A stretch of DNA of 64,000 nucleotides from the human T2T-CHM13v2.0 reference genome, Homo sapiens. The notes under the pieces are model-generated. The model worked only from the letters and a program-made list of their open reading frames with translations, searched no databases and had not been told where the DNA came from. Location: the NCBI RefSeq assembly GCF_009914755.1, contig NC_060939.1. The stretch is one strand, 5' to 3'. A program made the position numbers and the translations under genes. Positions 25,761 to 45,639 of this stretch are shown here, piece after piece (the first letter of the stretch is position 1; the number at the start of each line of letters is the position of its first letter).

Positions 25761-26369
25761 ACATTTGAATATTTAAATAACAGCATAACTAGGGTGCCGT
25801 GAGTCTGGTCATGGGGCAGTCCATGGGGAGATGGCAGGCAGGCCAGGCAGGAGGAAAAGCCTAGGCATGGCACAGAGGGGCAGACATAGCTTTCAGACAG
25901 CTGAGGATTCAAGAAGAACCTAGATGGAAAAGTATTCCATTCAAAGACTGCCGTACACCAACGGGACTATTCTTACCTTAGTGTTGGAATGACAGGACCT
26001 TTGCTCCCAAGGCACCCCTGAACTGGGCCTGCCTTCCTGAAACCCCAGGCTGTTTCTGCAGAAAACATTCTCTCCATACATTTAAAAAATTGATGATTCA
26101 TTCCCACAGAGAGGAAACTTATTTTGGCATTTGAAAACATAAATGGGCAAAGGACACAGGCGGCTCACATAAAAGGAAGCATGGTTAGTAAACAGACTGT
26201 GAGGAAACACAGTCAACCTGGCCAGTAATCAAAGAAATGCAAATTAAAACAACTGAGGCGCACATTTCCACCTATTAAATTAACAGCCATAACAAAAAGG
26301 TTGAGATGATTATATTCCATTCTGGTGAGGTCTGGGGGAAAGCAGTAGCTCTGACGTTGTTGGAGGTAG

Positions 26370-26830
26370 GACCAGCCCCGTGATCTGCAGAGTCCAGTGC
26401 AAACTGAAAATGTAGCGCCTCTTTTTCAAAAATCATTAAGAATTTCAAACGGCCAGGCTCAGTGGCTCATGCCTGTAGTCCCAGCACTTTGGGAGGCCAA
26501 GGCGGGCAGATCGCTTGAGCTCAGGAGTTCAAGACCGGCCTGGGCAACATGGCAAAACCCCATCTCTACAAAAAATACAAAAATTAGCTGGGTGTGGTGG
26601 CATACATGTGCCTGGAGTCCCAGCTACTCAGGAGGCTGAGGCAGGAGGATCATTTCAGCCCAGGGAGGTTGAAGCTGCAGTGAGCCGTGATCGTGCTATT
26701 GCACTCCAGCCTAGGCAATAGAGCCCTGTATCAAAAAAAAAAAAAAAAAAAAGAAAGAAAGAAAAAGAAAAGAAAAGAAAATTCAAGATGGCAACAACAT
26801 AGAATTAAACCAAATGCTCTTCTAAGTCCT
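26370..26830 (+). mobile_element. MER45A-like hAT element interrupted by an AluJ (26451-26780)
   Basis: CCAGTGCAAACTGAAAATG...TTAAGAATTTCAA, Alu, then GATGGCAACAACATAGAATTAAACCAA. Confidence 0.7.
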
Positions 26831-26879
26831 CACTGGAAGTCCTATAAATGAGTGCAAGCCTGTTATGGGAAAGGCATCC

Positions 26880-28352
26880 CTTCCCCTAACAAAGTGGTCT
26901 CTTCGCCTGAAAAAGATGTCATCCTCTCCCACCTCTGTGGAGACTTTATCATCAACTGTCACTTCTCCCTTTACATTTACCCTGCTGCTCTCGACTCAGA
27001 TTTTCCCATCAGCATTCAACATACACACAAGTCCTCCTTTCTGAAAAAATATATGAAACCAAAACTCCTTCCTCAAGCCCTCACTCTGCCTTCTATCCTC
27101 CCACTCTGCCGTCTCAGTCACATTCTGGAAAGGCTGCATAAACACACTACTCCCATCCCTCTATTTCTCATTCATTTTCCCACCCTGTTTGTTCATCATT
27201 ATGTCTTGCCAAGGTCACCATGGATTGACTTCCATTTGCTGAGGCCTCTCAGCAGCATTTGACACTAGCAACCACTCTCTCCTTCCCGTCACACTCTTCT
27301 CTTGGCTTCTGTGACATCATGTCCTCCTGATTTTCCTCCCACATCCCCTGCAGGCTCTTTGGCCAGCTGTCTGTATACTGACGACTCATAAGTTCACGGC
27401 TCTTACCTAAACTCTGCTCTGAGTTTCAGACACACAGTCCAGTTGCCCACTTGCTGGTTCATCCTGTCTATTTCAAAGACACTTGAATTCCTTATGTACA
27501 AAACTACCCCAATCGCGTCCTCTTCCATTGATCCTTACGTCTGCGGATGGTGCTATCATTCCTCTTTCTTACACCAGGAATCATCCTTCAGATTCCCTTC
27601 TCTCCTCTCCTTCCCACTACATCTTAAGTCAAAGCCACTACCAAGTTTTGCCAATTTTACCTCCGCAGTACTTCCTAAATGCATCCCCTTATCCCTATCT
27701 CTATCCCCATGCTCATCGTCTAAGCAACTAGCATCCTTCATCTGGACAACTGCAAAGCTCTCCATTGGTACCCCCATCCTTTCTCAAGCTCCCTCCCACT
27801 ACACAACAGCCAGAGTGTTTTGAAGCACACGTCCTGTTCAGTAGGATCCCGTTGCTCCCAGGATAAAGACCAAAGCTCTTCACATGGCCCACAGCCCATG
27901 CATGGTCTTGCCCCATGCTCCCCCACCCATTTGGCTCCAGCTATTGCGGTCTTCTTCCGGTTCCATGTGCTTTACCAAAAGGCATTTGCACATGCTACTC
28001 CCTGTGTCTAGAATTTTGTTCCTTTCCACCTTTGGTCTAGTTAGCTCCTAGTCATCCTTAAGCCCCAAGCACAATCACTTTTTCCTTAGGAAATCCTTCC
28101 ATTAACCAACAGGCAAAGGAGAGTTCCACCATCAAATACTCTTACAGCTCCATGCCTCTCTCCTTACTAATACTTAGCATGGTTATAATTGCATCCATCT
28201 GTGCGATGACCTGATGGAGTCTCTCTCTGCAACTAGACAGCGGGATCTATGAGAATGGGCTGTATGTTTTTCCTCACCATTGTAACCCTAACACTTATTC
28301 AGTGTCTGGCAAGAAGAAAGTGTTCAATAAATATTTGGTGAATGAATGAATG
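26880..28352 (+). mobile_element. L2 (long 3' fragment)
   Basis: Ends TCAATAAATATTTGGTGAATGAATGAATG. Confidence 0.85.
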
Positions 28353-29896
28353 GAAATCCCTTTGACAATATATTTTGAGAGTTATAGAAATTACAGCTAT
28401 AGTTATGTTTTGATTCAATAATACAACTCCTAGAAATTTATCCCAAGGAAGTAATCCAAAAGAAAGAAAATATTAAATATATTTATATATATGGAAATAT
28501 TAAGTACGAACTTTTTCTAATAGCAACATTTTAAAAAACACGTGGATATGTTGAAGTGTGGTAAATCCACAGAATAAATAACATGGTCATTAAAAATAAT
28601 TGTGAAGACTAAGTAGCAATGTGAAAAACAGATTACAATATTACAATTGTTTTTCAAAAGCTGAATGCAAAATTGGATTTCTACAACTACGTAACAATGT
28701 TTTATGCATGCAGACAAGTACCAGATGGGAACAAGGAAAAATAAATGAGTTGAATTGTCCAAAGAGTACATTATGGCTGAATTTTCCATTTCATTTTGAT
28801 TTCTCTTTGTGTAGTTATAATATTGTTTTTATATAAATAGTACTTTAGTGTAATCTATACATTTTATCTAGCAATAGGTTGAATAAAACAGCAATGTTAA
28901 ACTAAGAAGCCATCAAAACATAGCTAGTTACAATTGATTCACTGCTCAGCGGAGTCACAAATGCCTAATAAATAATGTTATTTGAGAACAACCTTATTAG
29001 CCACTTTTAAAATAGATCTCATAACCATATATATATATACATATATATAAACCCTATGTTTATAATGTTTTATGAACATTCATGTACATGTCTTTGTGTG
29101 GACATATGTTTTTGTTTCCCTCGGGTAAATACCTAAGAATAGAATGGGTGAACTATATGGTAGGTATGTGTTTAACTTTTTAAATAACTATCAAACGGTT
29201 TTCCAAAGTGATTGTGCCATTTTACAACCCTACTAGCAGTGCATGAATGCTAGTGGAATGCAAATGTTCCACATTCTTACCAACATGTGGTATGATGGTC
29301 GGCCTTTTTAATTTTAGCCAGTCTAGTGGGTGTGTATTGTGGTTTGGATTTGTATTTTTCTAATGATTCATAATGTCAAAAATATTTTATATTCTTATTT
29401 GATATCTGTATCTAATGTTTGGGGAAGTATTCATTCAAATCTTTTGCCCATTTTTAAATTGAGTTATTTTTCTTTTAACTGTTGAGTTATAAGATATATT
29501 TATATATTCCAAATACAAGTTCTTTATTAGATATATTTTGCAAATATTTTCTCCAGTCTATAGTTTGCCTTTTCACTTTCTTAACATAACCTGGTCTTTT
29601 GGAGAGAAAATTTCAAAATATTTATGAAGCATAACTCAGCAACTTTTACTTTTATAGCCTGTGCTTAGCCCATGATCACTAGATTTTTTTCCTTCTGTTT
29701 ACAGAAACTTTATAGTTTTAGGTCTTACATTTAGGTTGGGGGCCCATTTAGAGCCAGGTTTTGTACTTGGTGTGAAGTAAGCATCAAGGCTCACATTTTT
29801 GCATATGGATATCCAATTGTTCCAACACTATTTGGTGGAAATATTAACCTTTCCTCATTGAACTGCCTTAACATCTTTGTCAAAAATCAATTAACC

Positions 29897-31791
29897 TGGG
29901 GAAAGAATACTTTTTTCAACAAATGATGCTGGAACAACTAGATATCCAGGTGCCAAAGAATGAAGTTTAAACCCTACCTCATACCATGTACAATAATAAA
30001 CTCAAAATGGATCAGAAACCTCTAAGTAAGTGCTAAAACTATAAAACTCTTAGAAGACAACATAGCAGTAAATTATTACCTTGAGCTAGACCATAGTTTC
30101 TTAAATATAAAAATTAAAGTGCAAGCAACAAAAGGAAAAGTAGATAAGTTGAAACACATCAAAATTTAATTGTTTTGCAAATATTAATAATAGCATCAAA
30201 AAAGTGAAAAGCAATAGCAAAGACATGGAATCAACCTAAATGTTCATCAATGGCAGATTGGATAAAGAAAATGTGGTACATATACACCGTGAAATACTAT
30301 GCAGCCATAAAAAAGAATGAGATCATGTCCTTTGCAGGAACATGGATAGAGATGAAGTCCATTCCCCTTAGCAAACTAACCTAGGAACAGAAAATCAAAT
30401 TCTGCACATTCTCACTTATAAGCGGAGCTAAATGATGAGAACACATAGAACATGGATAGAGATGAAGTCCATTCCCCTTAGCAAACTAACCTGGGAACAG
30501 AAAATCAAATTTTGCACATTCTCACTTATAAGTGGAGTTAAATGATGAGAACACATAGACACAAAGAGGAGAACAATGGACACTGGAGCCTATTTGAGGG
30601 TGGAGGGTGGAAGGAGGGAGAAGATCAGAAAAAATAACTATTGGATACTAGGCCTAGTACCTGGGTGATGAAATAATCTGTAAAACAAACCCCCATGACA
30701 CGAATTTACCTATATAACAAACCTACACATGTACCCCTGAACCTAAAATAAAAGTTTAAAATATTTTTAAAATAGTAAAAATAATATTTTTTAAAAAGTG
30801 AAAAGACTATCCACAGAATGGGAGGAAACATTTGATCACATATCTGATAAGGAACTCGTGTCCAGAATACATTTTTTTAAAAACCAATCTCTTACAACCT
30901 AATAATAAACAGACAAATAACCCAATTTAAAAATAGGCAAAGGCTTTGTAGACATTTCTCCAAAGAAGGTCTACAAATAGCCATGAATAACATGAAAAAG
31001 TGCTCAGCATCATTACTCGTTAGGGAAATGCAAACCAAAGCCACAATTAGGTACCACTCCACACTCAGTAAGATGACTACAATAAAAAAAAAAAGGATAA
31101 TAACAAGTGTTGGTGAGGATGTGGAGAGAGTGGAACTCTCATCCATTGCTGGTGGGACTGTAAAATGGTGCAGCTGCTTTGGGAAACAGTTGGGTAGTTC
31201 TTCAAAAGTTAAATATACAGTTACCATATGACTCAGCAATTCTACTCCTATCTACCCGAGAGAAATAAAAACATATGTCCACACAAAAATCTGTACATGA
31301 ATAGTCACAGATGTATTATTCATAATAGCCAAAAAGGGGAAACAACCCAAATGCCCATCAATGATGAATGAATAAACATGATGTGATATATTCATGCAAT
31401 GGGACATTATTTATCAATAAAATGGAATAAAATATGGATATGTATACAATATGGTTGATCCTTAATACATTATGCTAAGTGAAAGAAGTCTACATATTGT
31501 ATGATTCTATTTTTTTAAATGTCCATTTATATCAAAAATATGAGGCAGAATGGGCAAATATATGAGACAGAAAGTAGACTAGTGATTGCTTAGGGCTAAG
31601 GGTTGAGAGTTGGTGGAGGAAAATGGGGAATGACAGCTAATGAATATGGGTTTTGTTCTTAGAGTAGATGAAAATATTCTATAATTAGATTTGTTGATGA
31701 TTGCACAACACTGTGAATATATTAAAACCATTGAGTTGTGACTTAAATGGGTGAATTATGTGATGTAAATTATCTATCAATAAGATTGTTA
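29897..31791 (+). mobile_element. L1MB-like 3' fragment nested in the L1M host
   Basis: ORF2 C-terminus ([12 protein letters not shown]) plus 3'UTR. Diverged TSD AAAAATCAATTAACC versus AAAAACCAATTGATC. Confidence 0.8.
30212..30792 (+). mobile_element. L1PA (old primate) 3' end nested in L1MB, with a 110-bp tandem duplication
   Basis: TSD AAAAAGTGAAAAG at 30199-30211 and 30793-30805. Confidence 0.88.
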
Positions 31792-31866
31792 AAAAACCAA
31801 TTGATCATATATGTGTGGATCTATTTCTGGATTCTATTCTGTTCCATTGAGTGATTTGTCTATCTT

Positions 31867-33079
<1,213 letters not shown>

Positions 33080-33720
33080 CTATCTTGACACCAATACCAC
33101 GCTATCTTGATCATTGGAGCTTTTTAGATGTGGAAATTTGTGCAATTTCAACAACTTTCTTCTTCTTTTACAAAATTGTTTGGGCTGTCATACGTTGTTT
33201 TTAGAATCAATTTGTTATTTTTACGAAAAACAGCATGCTGGGTTTTTTATTGGGATAGTACTGAGTCTGTAGATCAACTTTAACAGAATTAACAGCTTAA
33301 TATTACTGAGTCATCTGATCCATGAGGATATATATCTCTTCACTTATTTAGGTCATCTTTGATTTCTCTCAGCAATATTTTCAGTGCATGGGTCTTACAC
33401 ATCTTTTGCCACATTTGTCCCTAAGGATTTCATATTTTTGATGACCCACAGAGTTTTAAAAGAAATATATTGGCAGAAATACTGCTAGATTAGACTGAAA
33501 GGGACAGAGACAGTACAAAATGAACAGAGGCTCTTTGAACCCCTCAAATTCTACTGGCAGGGAGCAGACTGAGAAAGCTGCTCAGTTGTGAACATGTGCA
33601 ACTTTTCCTTTAAAAATATTTTTGGTTTTTTAAAATTTTAATTTCCAATTCTTTGTTGCTTGTGTATAAGAATACAATTGATCATCCAAAAAAAATTGAT
33701 CTGTATCCTATACATTTCTT

Positions 33721-33958
33721 TTCTTTTTTTTTTTTTTTTTTTTTTGAGAGGGAGTCTCACTCTGTTGCTCAGGCTGGAGTGCAGTGGCGTGATCTAGGCT
33801 CACTGCAACCTCCACCTCTTGGGTTCAAGTGATTCTCCTGCCTCAAGCTCCCAAGTAACTGAGATTAGCCATGCCTGGCTAATTTTTATATTTTAGTAGA
33901 GACTGGGTTTCACCACGTTTGTCAGGCTGGATTACAGGTGTGGCCACCACGCCCGGCC
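33721..33958 (-). mobile_element. AluS with two internal deletions
   Basis: TSD TGTATCC[T/C]ATA[C/A]ATTTCTT at 33702-33720 and 33959-33977. Confidence 0.88.
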
Positions 33959-34213
33959 TGTATCCCATAAATTTCTTAAATTCACTTATTAGTTCTAGCG
34001 GCTTTTTTGTAGACTCCTTATAATTTTCTACCTAGACAATTGTGTCATCTGCAAATTAAGAGTTTTATTTCTTCCTTTCTAATTTGAATGCATTTTATTT
34101 TTTGCTTTATTGCACTGGCTAGAACTCCCACTAGAATGTTGGGTTAAAGTGGTGAGAGTACACATCACTGTCTTATTCTAGGTGTTAGGTGAAAGCATTC
34201 AGTGTCTTACTGT

Positions 34214-35640
<1,427 letters not shown>

Positions 35641-35779
35641 CTGAAGATTTCACGGCGTGACTCACTAGAAGTGAATCGCTAACTGGGACAAGATTCCAGA
35701 GCCAAATAACTGGATGAGCAAGAGGACACCGAGAGGGATATGTGGAACAGGTAATCCTTTCCAGGAACTGCTAAGAGAG

Positions 35780-36003
35780 TAGAGGTTGTGGCCATGAACA
35801 TGGCTCAGGTTCGAATCCCAGTTCTGCCGCTTATTGGCTACGTGATCTTGGGTAAGACAGAAGGTTTCCTTAGCAGTAAAATGGGCATTAAATTACATAC
35901 TTTCTAGAGTTGTTGTGAAGGTTAAATGGCTTAATATACATAAGCACCCAGAACAATGCCTGACATCTAGGTTATGGTAAAGAAGTAATAGTTGTCATCA
36001 TTA
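35780..36003 (+). mobile_element. MIR
   Basis: GGTTCGAATCCCAGTTCTGCC B-box plus core. Confidence 0.8.
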
Positions 36004-36279
36004 TTTAGGAAGGTGAAGTGAAAAAAACCTATATTTCTTATAGCGAAGCTGGATGTGGCCCAGCTGTTAGAATTCGAGCAACAAAAGGAATTATGGTCTC
36101 ATGTGTTGTCACAGGCTATGGAGGCTCTCAGAAGCTATCAAAATAGAGCAGTCAACCAAGGGACAAATGTGAGACCAGGTCCCAGAGGTTTAATTTGCAT
36201 CTGGCAATTGAGTGACACAAAGAGCTGGGAAGTGAAAAGGAGAAATTGCTGTGGTCTGAGAATACTTAGAGTCAACTAG

Positions 36280-36598
<319 letters not shown>

Positions 36599-36954
36599 CG
36601 GGAGGGGTTTTTATATAAGCATGTCCAATATGATCATTTCTGTCAGAGAAAGGAGCTTAGAGGGGAAGTGACTCTGCTAGTGGTGGCGTAGCTGGGCCTG
36701 GCGCTGAGGAGTCCATGGTCTCCTGGTGCCTGCAGCACTGAAGCGGACATCAGCACCCCCTTTCCTCTGTGATAACCAGCCTGGCAAGGCCTGTTCAAAA
36801 ATGGCTGGTACTTACTGTCAGAGAAGAGCTGAGACAATAACAAACGCTAATATAATTTTCTATGCCTTTAGCTTGCATTTATTAAGCACTTACTATGTAC
36901 TAGTCACAATCGTATTAGAATAAACCATTTGGGGCCTATAAAAATGACAGTTTC

Positions 36955-37250
<296 letters not shown>

Positions 37251-37279
37251 GACAATTTCATATAGGTCAACCTAATATT

Positions 37280-37470
37280 TTACTTCATTTAATCCTGATA
37301 AAACTCTATGTGGTATATACTATAATTATCTCCATTTTACAGATGGAGAGACTGAGGCACAGAGAGGTTAAGTGTCTTACCCAAGGCCACACAGCTGGTA
37401 AGTAGTGGAGACAGTTTACCAGTCCAGGAGGTCTGACTGTAGAGCCTATACTTGCAAACCCCTTCTTTAT
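37280..37470 (-). mobile_element. MIR
   Basis: CCATTTTACAGATGGAGAGACTGAGGCACAGAGAGGTTAAG. Confidence 0.85.
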
Positions 37471-38304
37471 ACACTAAGGTGGCTCTGCCCACAGTCTTAA
37501 GGGGCTGGCCCTGACACCTGTCACCTACCCCAGCCCTCAAAGCCTGGTAACCAGCTTTCCTCAGGGAGTTAGACCAGCCCTAACCCTCCTGGAGCCTTAT
37601 CAGAAAGAACTGGTGCTAGATCAGCCCTGTGATCTCTTGCTGGCTGGGCTGCAAGACAATGGAACGACTCGTGCGCATCATGCGTTGCGGTGGAGACAAT
37701 GCATTTCTCCAAACACAAGCCACCAGAATAACAAACACTGCTGACTTCCATAGCACCAAAGTCTAAATATTGAAGTGGAGCATCCGTGCCTCGCCACGTG
37801 TGGTAATATTCCAGTGGAAAAAAGCCGGCAGTTGCTATTGTCTGGATTCCCCAGAGGGAAGATCTGAGGCTGTTTCTCTGGTCTTGTGAGACTTCTGCTG
37901 CCTCTCCCAAGGCCCCAGCCTGAAAGAGGGATTGTTTGATGTCAGACAAACTTGGGGACCCCAAACATCCCCCTGCAATCTGCACTGGTCTATAGCAAAA
38001 CAAGCAAATAATGACAATGTGGAGAGGTTTTCCTAAAACAAAATGTATTCCATTTAAAGAGTCCTATTCATGATGCACAGCTTCCTTCTCACAGTGGCCC
38101 CTGCACTCTGTGTCAACTCCATTCCCCTCTCTGTACTTAGCAGTTTCCTCCTCTGACACATACCCTCTGCATTGCACAAGGGCCTTCGCCAGCCCTAACT
38201 ATACTTCTTGACTTGTCAGTCTCAATTTCCATTGCTCACAGCCTCAGTCTCTCCATATTTCTTTGCTCATATTCTCTTGAGAGAATCTGACTGGCCTATG
38301 TGCC

Positions 38305-38448
38305 TCTTTTTAAAATTTTTTCAAATTTTGTAGAGTTAGGATCTTGCTATGTTGCCCAGGCTGGTCTCAAACTCCTCACCTCAAGCAATCCTCCCAGCTA
38401 GGCCTCCCAAAGTGCTGGGGTTACAGGTGTGAGCCACCACACCCAGCC
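38305..38448 (-). mobile_element. FLAM/AluJ left monomer
   Basis: Single left arm. Confidence 0.85.
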
Positions 38449-39524
38449 CTAGCATGCCTCTTTAACACCAGACCACGTTATATGTTGTCGGCCAGCCAAT
38501 CAACCACCTGCCTTGGGGCCAGGTGGCCACGATGGGTCCAATAAGCTGGCAGGGTTATATGGCCCTAAACAGGGTTCCCTTTTGCAGCAGGTAGTGGCAG
38601 CAGGCCAGCTCCCCTCAGAAGGGATGTAAAAGGCAAGTGCTATGATTGACATGGCTGGTACAAAAGTCCGGTTCTAAGGTTTCATGCCAACACTGTATTG
38701 GTATTTCTCAGCCCAGGAAGGTCAGAGTCATGGCTCAGGAAGATCCACCCGAGACACACAAGGGATACCAGAGCACTGGGCTTGTGGGGAGAGGCAGCCA
38801 AGGGTCAGACACATGCTAAATGGACAGGATTCAGCCCAGGGGGGTGGTTGCAGAGTCAGAGAAGAAGACACAGATTTAGACCTGTCTAGGAAGAAATCAG
38901 GAAGCCTTGGTGAATAATAGATCGATGGTGGCATCGTTCACAGAGAAAAAGGACAGGAGAAGAGCAGATTTGGGAGATGAAGGAGACATGGGCGTTCCCT
39001 TCTGGCATGAGATATGAGACATTCTACTACATTTACCATCAGAAAGTAGGCTGTTCAAGTGCCAACTTTAGGAAAGAAGTCAGGGTTGGAAGGACAGATG
39101 TGACAGATATGGGTGGACGAAACCATGGAGTGGGTGATGTCGCCCTGGGAGAAGTGGAGCATGTGACCGACAGCGAGTGAATGAATGACCTGGTCAAGAC
39201 TTGGGACTTGCTCATGTTTCATTCTTCCCCAAGTGACAAGCACTCACTGAGACCCTGCTCTCAGATAAGGCAGAGTGGTGAATGGAAAGAATAAGGATAT
39301 GGGCTCTGAACACAATGCCAAGTTCAATGGTGGGCTCTGAAATGTACTAGCAATTGGTCTTTGGGCTTTGACCTTAACCTCTTGCAGCCTTAGTTTCCAC
39401 ATCTCAAAACGGGTGTAATGATATGTACCTCGTCAGGCTGTAGTGAGGATTTAAAAAGGTAGCAACAGTAGAGTTCCAAGCAGAGGATTTGGTGTGTGTA
39501 GTAGGCATTTAACAGAACTTACAG

Positions 39525-39933
<409 letters not shown>

Positions 39934-40359
39934 CTATAGCCAATGGCCTCTCCGAGGGACCCACTGACTGTCAATAATCTCATCTGGAGCTGTCAGTAGT
40001 CTACATTTGAGGCCTGGGCCAAATAGTACTCCTGCTCCCCACCCACATGCCTGGCACATGCCCTCTGTGCCAGGCCATGCCCATTCATGTGGGCTCACTC
40101 CCCAGTGGGGGCTTCCCTCTTGCAGACCTCCCTCAGGCCCCCAAATCTGCATACCCCTGGCCCCATCCTCCCCCTGCCTGCAGCTACCCAGGTACTGGCC
40201 ACTCTCCAAGGGTAGTAACCAGTTTCCAAGTCTTCCAAACTTCCCATGAGCCAAGAGCTTCCATTCTGATGTGTATACTAGTGTCATGCAGATAGAAGTC
40301 ACACAGGAAAAAGTATTCCCTTTAGTTAATGTCAAACATTCAACACTTGAACATTAGTT

Positions 40360-41690
<1,331 letters not shown>

Positions 41691-42390
41691 AGAGAGGCTC
41701 AGGGCTGACCTGCAGCCAGACAGCTGGATTAAACATGGGCTACACCGTGTGCCACTTCTGAGACCTTGGGCGACTTATCTCTCTATGCCTTGGCTTCCTC
41801 ACCTGTCAAATGAGGTGTAAATGAGTTGACATATATAAAGTGCTTGGAACAGTGCTTAGCATTTAGTCAGTACTCTATAAGTGCCAGCTATTATTAATAT
41901 TTGTGTGGGGTGGTGGTTTTCTCTCAACTGTAGTAACAGGGCATGGACTTTGGAGCCAGAAAGATCATTCTTTCAACAAATATTTACCAAATGCCAGATC
42001 CAGGTGCAAATCCCAATTCCATTAATTACTAGTAATGTCGCCTTGTGAAAACTGCTTAGAAATCCTGAATCTCAGTTTCCTCCATCAGTAAAATGGAATC
42101 ATAAAATCTACTACCTAGTGCTGTTTGAAGTGTAATGAGATACTACATATAAATTCCTAGGATGGGACAGGCACGTAGACATCCTTAACACATATTGGAT
42201 TCTTCACTCCTCCTCCTAGAACGTCAGCTCAGCCCAGGTGTCCAGCCCAGATCTGTGATCATGCAATTTGCCCTCCACTGCCTGCCAGCTCAACCCAGCT
42301 AAGATCTTTAGAGCCCCAACCCCTGAAGGCCCATTATACCATCTACCTCCAACATATGTAAATCAAAATAATAACATCACCAATTCATAA

Positions 42391-42722
<332 letters not shown>

Positions 42723-44104
42723 TAAATGTTGGTGTTTTGATGTGCCATGCAACTTACACATGTGCTGAAATACAGTTGTTTATTTCTGTATTATCTTTCT
42801 CCCTCTCGATTACTTCTTTTGGTCTGCCTGTTTGTTGCTGACCTTTTGCAGGTGGCTAAGCCAGCCCAGTGGGTCATCCCTGCCACTACCAAATCACCCC
42901 CATGGCATGCAGGCCATACCAACTTCAGATTCCTCCCTCCCCAGGGGAATTTACATTTTAGGTGGTGGGGAACAAGAGCTCCTGGGGGCCAAAAGCCTGT
43001 CACAGAATCGGCACCCAGTAAATATTTGTGGAATGAAGGGGTGAGTGGATACATGAAATGTTTCTGAACAGTAGAATTTGAGCTGCCATGGGAGGCAGAG
43101 GGGAAGGATAGCAATGCTATTTTTGCTATATTTTAAAATCCCCACTTCTCTTTAATGGAGAGACAAAGTAACCAGAACTCTTCAAATCACACTAGGTAAA
43201 TTCAAGGCTGATATTTAACAGGTCGAGTGGCACAGATACTGACCAATCAGAATAGACCTGGAGAGCCGTGCTGGACTCAGCACAACCCCTTTGCTTGTGG
43301 ATAATGGAAGCCCGGGGGTTCTGAAGGCTGGGGCTACAGAGGAGGGGACACTAAGGGCTTGAGGCAGCTGCTAGTCATCAACTGGTATGAAAACATTTCA
43401 GTACTCAAACAGCAAGCACAGCAGTGTCACACACATGATAATTAAACGTCAGCTCGGGTTAGGTAGCTGCATGAGAATCAAGAAACTTCTGCCATTTCCC
43501 CTCCCTAGGCCCCAATTTCTCATCTACAAAACAATAAAACTTACTAGTCTTCAGGTTCACTCTAGTTCTGACTACCTGTGATTTTAATATAATAATAAGG
43601 AGAACAATTTATAAAAGCCAGCCTGGTATGGCAGAAAAGGCACATGCTCTGAAGCCGGTAGACCCAGTTCAAAGTCCAGCTGTTACTTACTGTGAGGCTC
43701 GGGTCCAAATCAATTAACTTCTCGGAACCTCCACTTTTTATTAATTCAACTAACATTTATGGAGCCCTTTTTATGTACCAGGTCCTAAGGACACTTTAGT
43801 GAACAAGACCCAGTCCCTTGCCATCATGGAACTCGCTGTTCTACCGAGGACTCTTTGGATGCAAGTGACAGAAACTGGCTCAAGCTAGCTTAGGCAAAAC
43901 CAGAATGCATCATAAGAATGTAGCAAGCCTGGAGGGGCCCAGGAGGGAAAGCAACCAGACTTTGCTTAGAACCTGGACAGGAAGGCCACCAGCCTCTCTA
44001 CCACCCTCAGCTACCTGCTGCATTACTCTCTTCTCCCCCTCAACCCCTCAGTTCTGATAAGCCTCAGTTAATATGACATCTCAATTCTAAACTCTCCACA
44101 AAGA

Positions 44105-44757
<653 letters not shown>

Positions 44758-45639
44758 CTATGACCATAAGGCGGGACCACTAGGTACAAACGTGGCCTCA
44801 GGGACTCACCCATGTGATGGGGGAGGGGTCCAAATTCCCAAAAAAGGGAGCTTGTAGATCCTGGTGTCCACTTCACCACCTCATAGGGTGGATGTAAAGA
44901 TGAAATGAAATTCCATGTAAAGTGACTGGCACATAGCCTGGCAGACATAGCTGGAGCACTGTGCCTCTGTGCCTTGCTAATAATTGGTGCTTGACTAAAA
45001 CATGTGCTGAACAGGGGAACAATATTATTAACAATGATACCTTTCATGTATCCACCAACTTTATGTCCATTCCATTCGTTACTTCCTCTGTTGCCTGGAT
45101 CTCGAGCCCCACCTTGCTGAATGGACTTAAAACAAGTTAGTTGGGCACATGTGGCTCCCAGGCTGGATGGCATCCACATGGTGGGTGCCTGATGTGCTGA
45201 ATGGATGAATGAGTGAATGTTCTTCCACCCAGCCCTCAGTGCTCTGCTGAGGCAGGATGGGTGGCTGGAAAAATGGGGTCTTTGGAATTTGTCTCCTTTT
45301 CACCTAGATCTTTGTTAGATCTTTTTCCTCCTTTGTTTAGTAACCAAAGAACCGAGAACTCAGGAAGAGATCAAGGACTGGGTTCAAGTCCTCCCACTCC
45401 CCCCACCCCCCATCTAATTTGATGACTATCATTGAGATACTGACCACCCCTCTCTGGACTTGGTTTCTTTACTGGCAAATGGATATGGGCGCACTGATGA
45501 TGGCTGCTTGGCTCTACGCGTTTGGGAGGATTGGCCAAAGTCAGAGGTGGGAAAGGACTTTGACAAGGCCTGGCCTCAGCCCTTCCCCACCACCATCCAC
45601 AGGGGAATCTTGGGTCTCTCTGATCAGACCCCTGCAGCC

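Noticed and set aside
30338-30557. CRISPR-like or programmed repeat array
   Set aside because: Eukaryotic DNA; two adjacent copies with no spacers.
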